Shown piece by piece: positions 38,845 to 49,340 of a stretch of DNA of 64,000 nucleotides. Source of the DNA: an uncultured virus (IMG/VR IMGVR_UViG_3300031787_000018) (Duplodnaviria > Heunggongvirae > Uroviricota > Caudoviricetes); the IMG/VR virus record IMGVR_UViG_3300031787_000018, positions 62,001-126,000 of that record, one strand, 5' to 3'. The translations under genes and the position numbers were made by a program. The notes beneath the pieces are model-generated. The model had not been told where the DNA came from. It did not search any database and saw nothing but the letters and a program-made list of their open reading frames with translations. Within the stretch, counting starts at the first letter, position 1; every line of letters starts with the position of its first letter.

Positions 38845-39620
38845 ATGGAAGAAAGATCGATTGAATTTAAAGATATTTTTGAGCAATTGTGTCAAACATT
38901 TAATGAAATCAAATATAACAATGGTGATATATCTGATGTTGGCAATGAAATTGGTTTTTCTTTGGGTAAGATATTGCCAAATTTATCAGAGGGTGAGATT
39001 AGAGATTTTATTTATGGTATTCAACATGGAATTAGTTTAAGTAATAATCAACATTAATGGAAAAAATTAAAGTTATTATTACAAAAAGTTCCAAGGACAC
39101 TTATTGGTATGCTAATAAGTTGGGTCAAACTTTTGAATGTTATTTAAATCTTTATGGGAAAAGTTTTCAAGTTGTTAGTGATACAACACATGGTTATATC
39201 GAAACCAAATATATTAATATTGAAGATTGTATTTCTTTTGATACCATATCTCATCGGTATATAAAAAAATTTAAATTTTGTTGATAACAATTATTGTGAA
39301 TTTTATTTTGAAACGTTTATAATATGACAATAGAAGATAAATTGGCTTATGCCAAAAAAATATATAAACAACATTCTAAGATTAGAGCTGTACTATATAG
39401 TGATGGTAGTTGGTGTAACCTTATACGTAGATCGTTAGGTGAACCACGAATTTATCAAGATATTCAAGGTTATGAATGGATTATAAGTAATCATAATTTA
39501 TACAATCCTATTACAGATACTTGGTCTTTGGTTTATGACAAGGATTTAGATATTTGGATAAACCCAAAAGAACAGGTATTTATACCAAAAATATTAAAAC
39601 GATTTATTTTTGCCAATTAA
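38845..39620 (+). CDS. Three small hypothetical ORFs (38845-39057, 39057-39284, 39324-39620)
   Basis: Co-directional; 39057 shares TYWY.N..GQ.F with 37858. Confidence 0.65.
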
Positions 39621-39643
39621 AATAATTTCCATATCTTTGTTGT

Positions 39644-40042
39644 ATGGAAATTAAAGCTGGAACCAAAATTAAGGATTTATCTAAAAAAGATTTTAAAAAA
39701 GTTTTTAAGCACGCCATTTTTTTCTGTGAACAAAATTTGGGTCTTAATAGACGTAAGTCCGAACCTTTACAAGTTTTATGGTTAAACAAAGAAACCAAAC
39801 AAACTTATGGTTGGTATGACCCTGTGGATAATTCCATTCAAATTAACGCTGATTGCAAAACCGTTTCTGATTTAACAAAAACTTTAATTCATGAATGGAC
39901 CCATCATTTGCAACCAATCTTAAGTCAATATGGTAAATTATATAAAAAATATGGTTACGCCAATCACCCAATGGAAATTGAGGCTTATGATGCGGAAAAA
40001 AAATGGAACCGTAAAATGTTGGCCTACCTAAGGTCCGTATAA
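39644..40042 (+). CDS. Small zincin-like (HExxH) protein
   Basis: TLIHEWTHHLQ ... HPMEIEA. Confidence 0.7.
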   Translation: MEIKAGTKIKDLSKKDFKKVFKHAIFFCEQNLGLNRRKSEPLQVLWLNKETKQTYGWYDPVDNSIQINADCKTVSDLTKTLIHEWTHHLQPILSQYGKLYKKYGYANHPMEIEAYDAEKKWNRKMLAYLRSV

Positions 40043-40100
40043 TTGTATGCCCAAATCCGTTATTTTCTTTTTTTAATTTTGGTTGATATTTATTTTGTAT

Positions 40101-41108
40101 ATGTATCAACCAAAGCTATATTTAAGATTCGATAAGCCAATTCAAAATGATAAAATCGGTATTGAACAATTGAACAAAATTTTGCGTTTGATTGAAATTG
40201 TTTACCCTGAAGTTAGTTGGTGGGATGGTACATCACCATCTGGATGGAATCCATTTACTGGTGAAAATGATGATATACCAGATATAGTTAAATCTTTAAC
40301 CATTGGCTATTGGCCTGATGGACCAAATAAATTAACTTACGGTATTTGGGATACAAATGACTATAACTATTCAAATGCTATTGATGGTTGGGCATGGTTT
40401 AACAATTTTAATTTTGATGCGGATGAAACCAGTACAATGTTTGAACCCATTGATGAATCCATTAAACGTGATTGGACGATTGATGATTTAAAATTTTTAC
40501 ACGATGATAAGGTTTTATTTTATGAAATTGGTTCCGATGGGAATGCAATAAAACACCCTGATATTATGGGTGATGACATGGGTGATATTTTATATATCGG
40601 AATTCAAGATGGTAGATATACTGTTTGTTATAAATTAGAAGGTGGTGAAGATATAAAAGGTATTGAAGAATGTTTAATGTCGTCTGAAAATTCTATTCTT
40701 AAATGGTTAAATGACGGAACATTACAACCAACACATAAATTTATAAATTTTGATATAGACGATATGCTTCAACCAATTAACGAGTCCAATCGTAAAAAAG
40801 ACGATATTTTTAGAATTGGTGATTATGTCATTGTTAACGGTTATTATAACGGCGACATAGGTTCAAGTAATAATAAAATCGTTTATTTTGATGATGATTT
40901 TGCTCAAATAATTGATACCTATATGGGAAGTGATGGTTTATGGTATTTGTTAGAATTTGAAACTAAAAGAATTAATTTCCCAAAATCAACACCAAGTAAT
41001 CAAATTTATCTTATGAACGATAATTTTGATGGAAGTAGTTTTAAAATGGAAATTACCATCGAATACCCCGAAGAGTTAGATTTGGACACAATTTTTGGGT
41101 ATAATTAA
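40101..41108 (+). CDS. Three-module acidic protein (putative polyprotein)
   Basis: Linkers DETSTMFEPIDE and DIDDMLQPINE; module 1 is paralogous to module 3 of 20592; GATATTTAT at 40085. Confidence 0.8.
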   Translation: MYQPKLYLRFDKPIQNDKIGIEQLNKILRLIEIVYPEVSWWDGTSPSGWNPFTGENDDIPDIVKSLTIGYWPDGPNKLTYGIWDTNDYNYSNAIDGWAWFNNFNFDADETSTMFEPIDESIKRDWTIDDLKFLHDDKVLFYEIGSDGNAIKHPDIMGDDMGDILYIGIQDGRYTVCYKLEGGEDIKGIEECLMSSENSILKWLNDGTLQPTHKFINFDIDDMLQPINESNRKKDDIFRIGDYVIVNGYYNGDIGSSNNKIVYFDDDFAQIIDTYMGSDGLWYLLEFETKRINFPKSTPSNQIYLMNDNFDGSSFKMEITIEYPEELDLDTIFGYN

Positions 41109-41153
41109 ATAATCAATATTCACAGTTTTATTAATTTTTATTATTTTTAAAAT

Positions 41154-41375
41154 ATGATAAGAACTGTTTACGTTACATACAAGAATTTAGATTTAATTGT
41201 TACTGGGTATTATTCCGAATATAAGAGTGGTGATAGAGAACAACCACCAGAACCGGAATCTTTTGAAATTAGTCAAATTTATCGTGGTGATGTTGATGTT
41301 ACAAACATTTTTATTGAATTACTTCATGATTGGCAGGACTTGGAAATGGTTTGTCTTGAAGAATTAAGAGATTAG
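41154..41375 (+). CDS. Hypothetical protein
   Basis: 73 aa with PPEPESFEI. Confidence 0.65.
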   Translation: MIRTVYVTYKNLDLIVTGYYSEYKSGDREQPPEPESFEISQIYRGDVDVTNIFIELLHDWQDLEMVCLEELRD

Positions 41376-41560
41376 TACAAATGGAAGATATTAGAGATTT
41401 AATCAAACACATCGAAGAAAAAATTGAAACTGAAAATCGTTTTGCTTTAATGGGTGATTTTTCTAGTAAAGTTTTGGTTGAAGAATTAACCAAAATACTT
41501 GTACGACTTAATAAAGTCATTGAAAGTAATTACGCCAAATCATGATATTTATAGTATGTC

Positions 41561-42235
41561 ATGGGTTTAAGAAATAAAAATATAAACGAAAATCAAAACT
41601 TCTTAGATAAGAAATATATAATATTTGACGACGAGGCTACCAAACGAGATATTATAAAAATTTATAAGTTACTAATATCTATGGATGTTACACCTTTATC
41701 TGTTATTAGGAGTACTAGAAATACAACAGAAAGTTGGATTTATGCTTACGTGGATGAGATTGAAGATTTTATCGATACATATGGTGGCGCTTATTTTAGA
41801 ATATGGGTTACAAGTTATGATAAACAATTAGCCTTAGATTACGGTGCTATACATAAAAATGATTTAAATATTGATAGTGTTGAAGATAGTAGATTAATTT
41901 ATTTTAAAGATTTGTTAGACACTTCTGATATAAATTTTTTTCCAGAAAATCTTAATGAAAATTATAAAGATAATGACACACCTGAAGTTGGTGATAATTT
42001 AGTTTGCCACAAGTCTGTAGTTATGCAATACAGTGGTGAAGTTGAAGCAACTGAAGGTAAATTGTATGAAATAGTACTTGTAACACATGATAGATTAGCT
42101 ATAATAAATAATTCTAATCATGAACATTTTTTTTCTATAAAAAAAGGTGACGATAGTTTTTATAAAAAATGGTTTAGCCCATCTATGTCTATTGAAATAG
42201 ACACTTTTTTGAACCTTTGGATTAGTCATTTTTAA
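41561..42235 (+). CDS. Two-module protein
   Basis: Linker DTSDINFFPENLNE; second module resembles the first module of 19125; GATATTTAT at 41544. Confidence 0.75.
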   Translation: MGLRNKNINENQNFLDKKYIIFDDEATKRDIIKIYKLLISMDVTPLSVIRSTRNTTESWIYAYVDEIEDFIDTYGGAYFRIWVTSYDKQLALDYGAIHKNDLNIDSVEDSRLIYFKDLLDTSDINFFPENLNENYKDNDTPEVGDNLVCHKSVVMQYSGEVEATEGKLYEIVLVTHDRLAIINNSNHEHFFSIKKGDDSFYKKWFSPSMSIEIDTFLNLWISHF

Positions 42236-42290
42236 TATAAACATAACCATAATAACTACCTTTTTAAGATATTTATAATAACAAACCCGC

Positions 42291-42629
42291 ATGGTTATGG
42301 AAGAATATAGTACAAAAGCTCTTTATGATGTTATAAAACTTAACTTATTGTTAAAAGATAAGGATTTGTTACGTTTTATTAGAACTAGTAATGATGAAAT
42401 ATTGGCCGAATATAAAAAAATAAAAAATAAACCTAGTTTAACATTAAATGATATAACCAATAAATATGAAAGTTATACAATCGTTTACATGACAATTAGA
42501 GGTATTATGGCAAATGTTAATATTGTAAAACATCAGGAAGTAGCTAGAGAAATAACAAATTTATTTTTAAATGATGTACTAGAAGAAAAATTTAATGATA
42601 AACCAGCATCAACATACGATAACGATTAG
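42291..42629 (+). CDS. Hypothetical protein
   Basis: 112 aa; ATATTTAT upstream. Confidence 0.7.
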   Translation: MVMEEYSTKALYDVIKLNLLLKDKDLLRFIRTSNDEILAEYKKIKNKPSLTLNDITNKYESYTIVYMTIRGIMANVNIVKHQEVAREITNLFLNDVLEEKFNDKPASTYDND

Positions 42630-42654
42630 TAACATATTTATATAAAAAATATAA

Positions 42655-43536
42655 ATGAAAAAATTATTAGTAACAGAATCTCAGTTAAAAAGTATTAAAA
42701 ATTATCTGATAGAGGCTAAATTAAGGTCTTACGTTTTTGATTGGGACGACAATATATTAAGAATGCCAACAAAAATATTCCTTAAAAGTGATAAGGGTGA
42801 TGTTGTTGGTATGTCTACAGAAGATTTCGCCACCTATAGAAGTAAAGTGGGTAAAGAACCTTTTAAATATGAAGGATATGTGATTACAAATTTTGATGAT
42901 GATCCTTTTAGAGATTTTAAAGATTATAAATCATTTATAAGAGACACAGAAAAGGCCATACACAACCAAAGTTTTGCACCAAGTTACAAAAAATTTATTG
43001 AAGCTTTGATTTATGCCAACCCTTTCGCTATTAATACAGCTCGGGGACATAATCCTAAAGCACTTAAAGAAGGTGTTAAAGTATTTATTAACATGGTGTT
43101 AGAACCAAAAGAAAAAGAAATAATGGTTAGTAACATCAAAAAAGAATTACCAGTTAACCTAACAAAAGGTTTAAATAATGAACAATTAATTGATTTATAT
43201 TTAGATGAAAGGGGTGAGTATTATCCCGTATCATCCGAAGAATTCGGTCAAAGATTTGGTTTGGAAACTTCTGGTGGGGCAGCCAATCCTGAACATGCAA
43301 AACAAGTAGCTATAGAACATTTTGTTAAAAAACTTTTAGATGGTGTTAAAACATATGTGGTTAAAGGTAAGTACAAAAAAATATCTTTAGGGTTTTCTGA
43401 TGATGACATTAGAAATGTTAAAGGTGTTGAGGAATTTATCGAAACGGAACTAAAAAAATTATACCCTGAAGTAAATTTTGTTATCTATGATACTTCTGAG
43501 GGTGGTAAGAAAAAAATGGTGGTACAAAAAGATTAA
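42655..43536 (+). CDS. HAD-superfamily-like protein with leader
   Basis: MKKLLVTESQLK..LIE leader; FDWDDNI, INTARGH and GFSDDD motifs. Confidence 0.65.
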   Translation: MKKLLVTESQLKSIKNYLIEAKLRSYVFDWDDNILRMPTKIFLKSDKGDVVGMSTEDFATYRSKVGKEPFKYEGYVITNFDDDPFRDFKDYKSFIRDTEKAIHNQSFAPSYKKFIEALIYANPFAINTARGHNPKALKEGVKVFINMVLEPKEKEIMVSNIKKELPVNLTKGLNNEQLIDLYLDERGEYYPVSSEEFGQRFGLETSGGAANPEHAKQVAIEHFVKKLLDGVKTYVVKGKYKKISLGFSDDDIRNVKGVEEFIETELKKLYPEVNFVIYDTSEGGKKKMVVQKD

Positions 43537-44495
43537 TGAACTTAAAAAGTTTAATAAAGGAACAATTAATATTTGAAGGTAGAATAGAAGATGCCAAATC
43601 TTTTGTCGTTAAAGATTTCCAAGATTTATTAATACCACAATCTTACAAAGAAGGTGAAAGAATGCCAGAATGGTTTCAAAAGTTAGTGGATAGTGATCCG
43701 TCTGGTAATCAAAAATATTTAATGTGGGCCTTAAAACAAATTAAAAAACACTCAGGTAAGTTCCATCCTTTTATATTAACCGATGTGGTCTTAGAAAAAA
43801 TTATAGAAGGTTTTGTTAATTTTCATAAGTTACAAGACAAACTAAATAAAGAAAATATAGATAAAGTGGTGTCTTGGAAAGCTGTATCGAACCCAACGGA
43901 ATTTAACATAAACTACGGTATGGATTCACCTTACTTTAAGTTTAGATACCCAATAGAAGAACTAAATAAAGTATTGAGTAATCCGAAAGACATAAATTCT
44001 TACTATGACTTTTATATGTTATGGGAGATGGTGAATGCTGTAAAACAATTACCTACTAGAGCTGACTTGAAAAAGGAGGCCGTAAAACTTACTGATGATA
44101 ATTATTGGTTGGTGATAGTACCTATGTCACATAGGGCTTCATGTAGTTACGGTTCCAATACTAGATGGTGTACAACATCAAAAGAAGATACACAATACAA
44201 TAAATATCAATCCAATACAAGTAGTTTGTTTTATTTCATACCTAAAACAAACCCTTTAAAATCACACCAAGATTATTTTGTAGAATATATGGATGTTGAA
44301 TATGATTTAAGTAAAATTGCATTACATATGAATTTTGAGGGTGATTTAATTTTTTATGACGCTTCTGACGGTGAAATAGAAAGCTATGACGTAACAAATC
44401 TTGTTGCTCAAGTATATGGATTAGAATCCGCACAATCTTTCGGTACAAGTGTGTTAAAAGCTGAAGACTATCATAAATCCAAAATAGAAAAATAA
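43536..44495 (+). CDS. DPSGNQKYLMW / ASCSYG..TRWC paralog family protein
   Basis: LIKEQLIFEGRIED leader and family motifs. Confidence 0.85.
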   Translation: MNLKSLIKEQLIFEGRIEDAKSFVVKDFQDLLIPQSYKEGERMPEWFQKLVDSDPSGNQKYLMWALKQIKKHSGKFHPFILTDVVLEKIIEGFVNFHKLQDKLNKENIDKVVSWKAVSNPTEFNINYGMDSPYFKFRYPIEELNKVLSNPKDINSYYDFYMLWEMVNAVKQLPTRADLKKEAVKLTDDNYWLVIVPMSHRASCSYGSNTRWCTTSKEDTQYNKYQSNTSSLFYFIPKTNPLKSHQDYFVEYMDVEYDLSKIALHMNFEGDLIFYDASDGEIESYDVTNLVAQVYGLESAQSFGTSVLKAEDYHKSKIEK

Positions 44496-45351
44496 CCAAA
44501 ATTTTTTAACGTCTTAACCATTTCGTCACTTACTTCAGAAAAAGTTTCTGCATTTAAAGTTACTTTTTGATTTACATTGTAAACGGTTGTGTTACTATAT
44601 ATTACTCTACCTACTATTTTGCCGAATATTTTTACACCTTTAACCAAATAATTACCGTTAAAATAATACTTAGACTTCATTATTTCTAATATCTTTTAAA
44701 ATTTTTTCTAGGGATTCTTTATCTCTGTTAACCAATTCAACTTCTACATTACTACGTCTTTTATCAATACTTTTGGTAAACCTAGTTTTAATTCTATTGT
44801 AGTAATATTCATTGAACCAAACATCGTAATGGTAATTTGTTTTAGCAGATTTATCAACACCAGACACATTAATTATACAACCATTTGATGCTTTGTTTAT
44901 GGAAAGAAAAACATTTCCTTTTTGTATTAATTGTTTTTCAGACAATGGGGCATATAATAAATCAGCCTCTTCATCTCTAACCAATGTATTAAAAATGTTT
45001 AATGTGGTTTTTTGTATTTCATTTAAAGTTGTGTTTGATGAGTTAGCACTTTGTGATATACCAATAATGGTTCTGGCATATCTCATTTTAAAAAATAATT
45101 TAATTTTTCTAAAGATTTTTTTCATATTAATAATTTAACATACTTTTATAAGGTAATTCACTAAAATCACAACCACTTAATTCTTTGTATTTAACTTTTA
45201 AACGACTTTTAAAGGTTTTATTATAAACCTGATAATCCATGTGTTTATCCAACCAAAACCCCAACATTCTTGCCGCACCTTTTAGTTGTTCGATAGTCTC
45301 ACAACTATCTATAACATTCAATACTTTGTAGTAATCTTTCCAAATTTCCAT
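44471..45351 (-). CDS. Three hypothetical ORFs (44471-44680, 44670-45125, 45127-45351)
   Basis: Coupled minus-strand ORFs downstream of the HAD gene. Confidence 0.65.
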
Positions 45352-45821
45352 TATGATAAGAATTTAATAATTTTTTCTTTAATACCTGTTTGTTTAATAC
45401 CTTCCATGTCTTTTGGACAATGAACAAAATTATCTAAAGAGAACATCTTTAAATCATCCACCGCCACCCAATGGGTAACACCTAACTTTTCTTTGTTTTG
45501 TTTCAACCACAGGTTGATTTCAACAACTCTTCCACCCTCCAAATCAGAACCATTTGGTGTTGGTAATTCGGGTGTCATATCAAACGGTGCTTTAATAACA
45601 CCATTAAACTCCATGAATATTTCTTTGATTTGGCCCAAACTGTAGTGGTATTTCCAATCGGAAGATAAAACCATTTCAGCCCCAGTTTCTTCTAGGATTT
45701 TATTTAAAACTTTTACAGCCTTTTTATCAAATGGGTATGCATTCCATTTGTTATCCTGTGACATATCCCAACAAGGGGCTGTCGCTAATACACCATCGAT
45801 ATCGATAAAAATTAATTTCAT
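45351..45821 (-). CDS. HAD-domain protein (Swiss-army-knife RNA repair type)
   Basis: FIDIDGVL, VLSSDWK, R..EI..WL and VAVDD motifs. Confidence 0.8.
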   Translation of the reverse strand: MKLIFIDIDGVLATAPCWDMSQDNKWNAYPFDKKAVKVLNKILEETGAEMVLSSDWKYHYSLGQIKEIFMEFNGVIKAPFDMTPELPTPNGSDLEGGRVVEINLWLKQNKEKLGVTHWVAVDDLKMFSLDNFVHCPKDMEGIKQTGIKEKIIKFLS

Positions 45822-45844
45822 GATTACAAATATAAGAATTTTTC

Positions 45845-46546
45845 TTACATATCTCTACCACTTTCAAAAATATGTTTTAAAACTGGGAACCTTAGACTTA
45901 CACCACCTTCTTGATTTTGTGTTTCTTCAAAAAATTGTATAGTAGCCAATTTACCAACAATCTTTGACGGGTCCCTGAAAAATTCTTTACGTTGTTCAAG
46001 CGTAAAACCACTACCAACACCAACTTCATAACCTTTATGTTCGATAACAATTTGTGATGTCATGGTTTCAGTAACTTCTTTACCATCCACCACGATACGA
46101 ATTGGACCGTAATTAATTCCTTTAACAACGTATTCAGCATCATGAAAGTTTTTAGCTTTTAATAAATCCTTACTACGTTTACCTTTATACCCAACATCTT
46201 TACGAACCATAACACCCTCCCAACCGTTGTTCTCAGCCTCATCTAACCATTTTTGAAAGTGTTGGATGTTTTCTACCTTTTCTTGGGGTAAAATTTCACA
46301 AGTACCCAAGAGGTGTGGGGCTTTATTTAATAAAACTTGTTCAAAAGCCACAAAATTACTGGATAAAACTTCTAATCTTTTAGATAAATTACGTACACTA
46401 GTTTTGTTACTAAATTCTTCTAATGATAACATATCAAAAATTTTGTACTTTACATTATCAATACGGTGGTTTTTACGACGAATTTCTTTCATTATGTTAG
46501 TGAAATTCTCTGAATAATAACGTGTAATTTTTTTAATTTTTTTCAT
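45845..46546 (-). CDS. ATP-dependent DNA ligase, C-terminal fragment
   Basis: ATG at 46546 (MKKIKKITRYYSENF); IFDML, WEGVMVR, KRSKDLLK, VGSGFT and SLRFP motifs. Confidence 0.9.
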   Translation of the reverse strand: MKKIKKITRYYSENFTNIMKEIRRKNHRIDNVKYKIFDMLSLEEFSNKTSVRNLSKRLEVLSSNFVAFEQVLLNKAPHLLGTCEILPQEKVENIQHFQKWLDEAENNGWEGVMVRKDVGYKGKRSKDLLKAKNFHDAEYVVKGINYGPIRIVVDGKEVTETMTSQIVIEHKGYEVGVGSGFTLEQRKEFFRDPSKIVGKLATIQFFEETQNQEGGVSLRFPVLKHIFESGRDM

Positions 46547-47303
46547 ATTTCCAAATGTAATTTTTAAACTTATCTCGTCTACCCTTACAACAATCAATAA
46601 CACCGTCCCTGGATATACCCAAGTCTTTTGTGATATCCCCACCACAGTCCCAAATTTTTACTAATTCACCGTTTAATGTGTATTGGCCTATCTTTTTCTT
46701 TTTTTTGGCTTGTGATAATAGTAATATTTTTTTATGTTCATCTGTTAGTTTAGACCCATATCTGGGGTTACCTTCACCTTTACGATTTTGAGAGTGTACG
46801 TTTTTGGATGACTCACTCCAAGAAGAACCCAAATTAAAACCCCTACCTTGGTTATTTTTAATAGATTCCATTAAACTTTCTCTCATTTTATTAACCCTGT
46901 CCGGGTTATGTTTAACACCTAATAAAGATTTCCTTATTTTATCACCAAAACCAATTGGTTTTGGTTTTCGTAATTTATCTTTAGTTTCTTCAGTATGTTT
47001 TATATTATTTTTTAATTTTTCATATATTCTACTACTTATGTTATAATCTCTTTTTTGATTTTTATTGTTTAATTGGTTACTCATAGCCCAAAAGGCGAAA
47101 AACAATTTTTTTTCTTTTGGGTATATCTCACATAGTAATTGGTGGCACAAGTAATGTTCTCTTGCTGTTAAATAAACTAAATTTTCCTTTTCATCAGTAC
47201 CACCCATACATTTAGGTATTATGTGGTGAAGTTCTTTATAAGATGTTAATTCTCTATTTTTAGCTCTATCTATTATTTGATAGTAAATTTTTTGATAATT
47301 CAT
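46533..47303 (-). CDS. HNH homing endonuclease with NUMOD-type DNA-binding repeats
   Basis: HHIIPKCMGG.D...NLVYLTAREHYLCH; HTEETKDKL; IGQYTLNGELVKIW tail; lies between the ligase halves. Confidence 0.9.
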   Translation of the reverse strand: MNYQKIYYQIIDRAKNRELTSYKELHHIIPKCMGGTDEKENLVYLTAREHYLCHQLLCEIYPKEKKLFFAFWAMSNQLNNKNQKRDYNISSRIYEKLKNNIKHTEETKDKLRKPKPIGFGDKIRKSLLGVKHNPDRVNKMRESLMESIKNNQGRGFNLGSSWSESSKNVHSQNRKGEGNPRYGSKLTDEHKKILLLSQAKKKKKIGQYTLNGELVKIWDCGGDITKDLGISRDGVIDCCKGRRDKFKNYIWKYEKN

Positions 47304-47335
47304 AATTATAATGTATTATTATAAATATCATAAAA

Positions 47336-48127
47336 CTAATAACTTTCATTATAGTTTGAAATTATATCGTCATCGTCAGTTAAATCACTAACTAATTTTA
47401 TACCATTAGTTGTTTCTACCAAATCAGTGTTTTTATACCTCTCAACGGAACCGTCCTCAAATTCTATTTCAACATATTCGTCAACCATACAGATTTCACC
47501 ATCAAAAACTATGTTACTAAAGTTTAATTGTGATATCGCATCTTCCACTTTACCTAACGTGTCAAAAATCTTACCTTGTCTAGAAAAAGAAGTTACTTTA
47601 CCGTTTTCATCTATCACAACAATACAACGTACACCATCCAATTTACGTGAAACAAACCAATCTTCTTTTTCAAAATCAACCATCTCAGGTTCAAACTTTT
47701 CTGCCAAAGCCACATCAAATGTTGGAATGGTTCCAGGAACCGCCTTATTAATTATGGATTCACCAATACGACATTTAAGGTCTTTGTCTATTATATCATA
47801 AATAACTTCTTTATGTTCAATATTGGCAGCAATAAAAGAGTTAACAAGACCTATTGCGTTATGTCCTGTAACTTCACGAGTACGCAATTCATCCAATAAT
47901 TCAAATATGGTATAGTTTTTTTCTGTTAATGCCAAAATGGTTTCATTCTTTTTACAGTTATCTGATGTTATATGAAACTGATAGAATGGGTTATAAACAT
48001 ACATGAATAGTTTTTTTAATTCACTATCATGAAAATATTCTTTAATTAAACTGATTTTGTTGTTAGAAGATGAGTTAGATTGTAACCTATCAATCAACTC
48101 TTTTGTACGACCTAAAATATTTTTCAT
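47336..48127 (-). CDS. ATP-dependent DNA ligase, N-terminal fragment with an intein-like tail
   Basis: SRKLDGVRC (motif I), SRQGK and FDGEIC; then a non-ligase tail YVEIEFEDG...LTDDDDII. Confidence 0.9.
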   Translation of the reverse strand: MKNILGRTKELIDRLQSNSSSNNKISLIKEYFHDSELKKLFMYVYNPFYQFHITSDNCKKNETILALTEKNYTIFELLDELRTREVTGHNAIGLVNSFIAANIEHKEVIYDIIDKDLKCRIGESIINKAVPGTIPTFDVALAEKFEPEMVDFEKEDWFVSRKLDGVRCIVVIDENGKVTSFSRQGKIFDTLGKVEDAISQLNFSNIVFDGEICMVDEYVEIEFEDGSVERYKNTDLVETTNGIKLVSDLTDDDDIISNYNESY

Positions 48128-48181
48128 ATCACAAATATAGTTATTATTTATTTAATACACAAAATATAGTAAAATTATTAT

Positions 48182-48595
48182 ATGAATGAAGAGTTAGAAA
48201 GTAAAATTAGGGGTATTGTTGGTTTATATAACTTTTACAAATACCATATGAACACACCACAACGAGTTGGTTTACTAACTCTATGGATTGAAGTTAGTGT
48301 CAGCAAAGAGGAGTATGAGGTGGCAGATGTCCTACAAAAAGAATTAAATAAAATATTAAATGGTGAGGAAGAATATTTTTTAACCCCACCATCTAATATA
48401 ACTTTTATACCCACAGATACCGATAATTTAAAAGATAAAATTTGGGATATAATGGGAAAACCCAAAAACAAACCTATTTTTAAACCTGAAAAAAAATTAA
48501 AATGGGTAAACTTATGGGGTACTGGTAAGTTTAAGTTGATAGATATATCTCTTAATACTTTTATTATTTTTAATTTCGGTGTTGAATTTAGTTAA
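48182..48595 (+). CDS. Hypothetical protein
   Basis: 137 aa; EEYEVADVLQKEL resembles a UVR-type motif. Confidence 0.65.
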   Translation: MNEELESKIRGIVGLYNFYKYHMNTPQRVGLLTLWIEVSVSKEEYEVADVLQKELNKILNGEEEYFLTPPSNITFIPTDTDNLKDKIWDIMGKPKNKPIFKPEKKLKWVNLWGTGKFKLIDISLNTFIIFNFGVEFS

Positions 48596-49016
48596 AGGTA
48601 AATTCAATTAAAGACCAACTACCTTTATAATCGTTAATACCTGTTTGTTTAAACCACTCAACAGACATGTAGTTAGTATCACTTATTTTAACTTCTCTCT
48701 TACTAACTAAAACATCATCAATTAAAATACGCATTTCAAACCAATAATTTTGTTTTGCGGCAATATTAAACATAACCTTATCACCCCTTTTTAAACCCCA
48801 ATAATTAATAGTTTGTATTTTAGTATTATCAATCACTCTTAAATCAAAATCCTCATGAGATGGTTCAGTTCTTACATTAAAATCGTTGGCGGGCATTATA
48901 ATAGTGGGGAAAAATTCTAACTCATAAGTTATTTTATGGAACTCAACATTTTCTTTTTTACAAGAAGAAAATAAAAAAACACTTAGTAGAACAATCGGTA
49001 AAATAAATCTTTTCAT
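48588..49016 (-). CDS. Lipoprotein
   Basis: Lipobox FSSC followed by KKE. Confidence 0.75.
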   Translation of the reverse strand: MKRFILPIVLLSVFLFSSCKKENVEFHKITYELEFFPTIIMPANDFNVRTEPSHEDFDLRVIDNTKIQTINYWGLKRGDKVMFNIAAKQNYWFEMRILIDDVLVSKREVKISDTNYMSVEWFKQTGINDYKGSWSLIEFTFN

Positions 49017-49095
49017 AATTAATTATTTTTACAAATATAAAAAATAAAAATATATAGGCATAAAAAATGGGGATAAAAATTACCCCCATTTTAAA

Positions 49096-49272
49096 TTACT
49101 TAACAACAGTGGTGTCTACAACAGTAACATCAACTTGGACACTATCTTTTACAACAGTAGAACTATCTACTTTTGGTAATGAATCCGTTTTAACTGCTTC
49201 ACCTTCAGTGGCGGTAGAACCACAAGAAGCTACTAAAGTAACAATACTTAAAATAAAGAATAATTTTTTCAT
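49096..49272 (-). CDS. Small lipoprotein, 58 aa (not in the ORF track)
   Basis: MKKLFFILSIVTLVASCGSTATEG..DS..VDS; followed by a hairpin at about 49064-49092. Confidence 0.7.
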   Translation of the reverse strand: MKKLFFILSIVTLVASCGSTATEGEAVKTDSLPKVDSSTVVKDSVQVDVTVVDTTVVK

Positions 49273-49340
49273 TTTTTTAATTTAATTTTTTTTTATTAAT
49301 TGTTTTTTAATTATAGGAAATATATCCCATACAGTAAATA

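Noticed and set aside
46533..47335. Group I intron in the ligase gene
   Set aside because: The HNH ORF overlaps the downstream half and is only about 32 nt from the upstream stop, leaving no space for a ribozyme core
49067..49285. 72 aa plus-strand ORF
   Set aside because: Antisense of a better lipoprotein ORF at 49096-49272 on the minus strand
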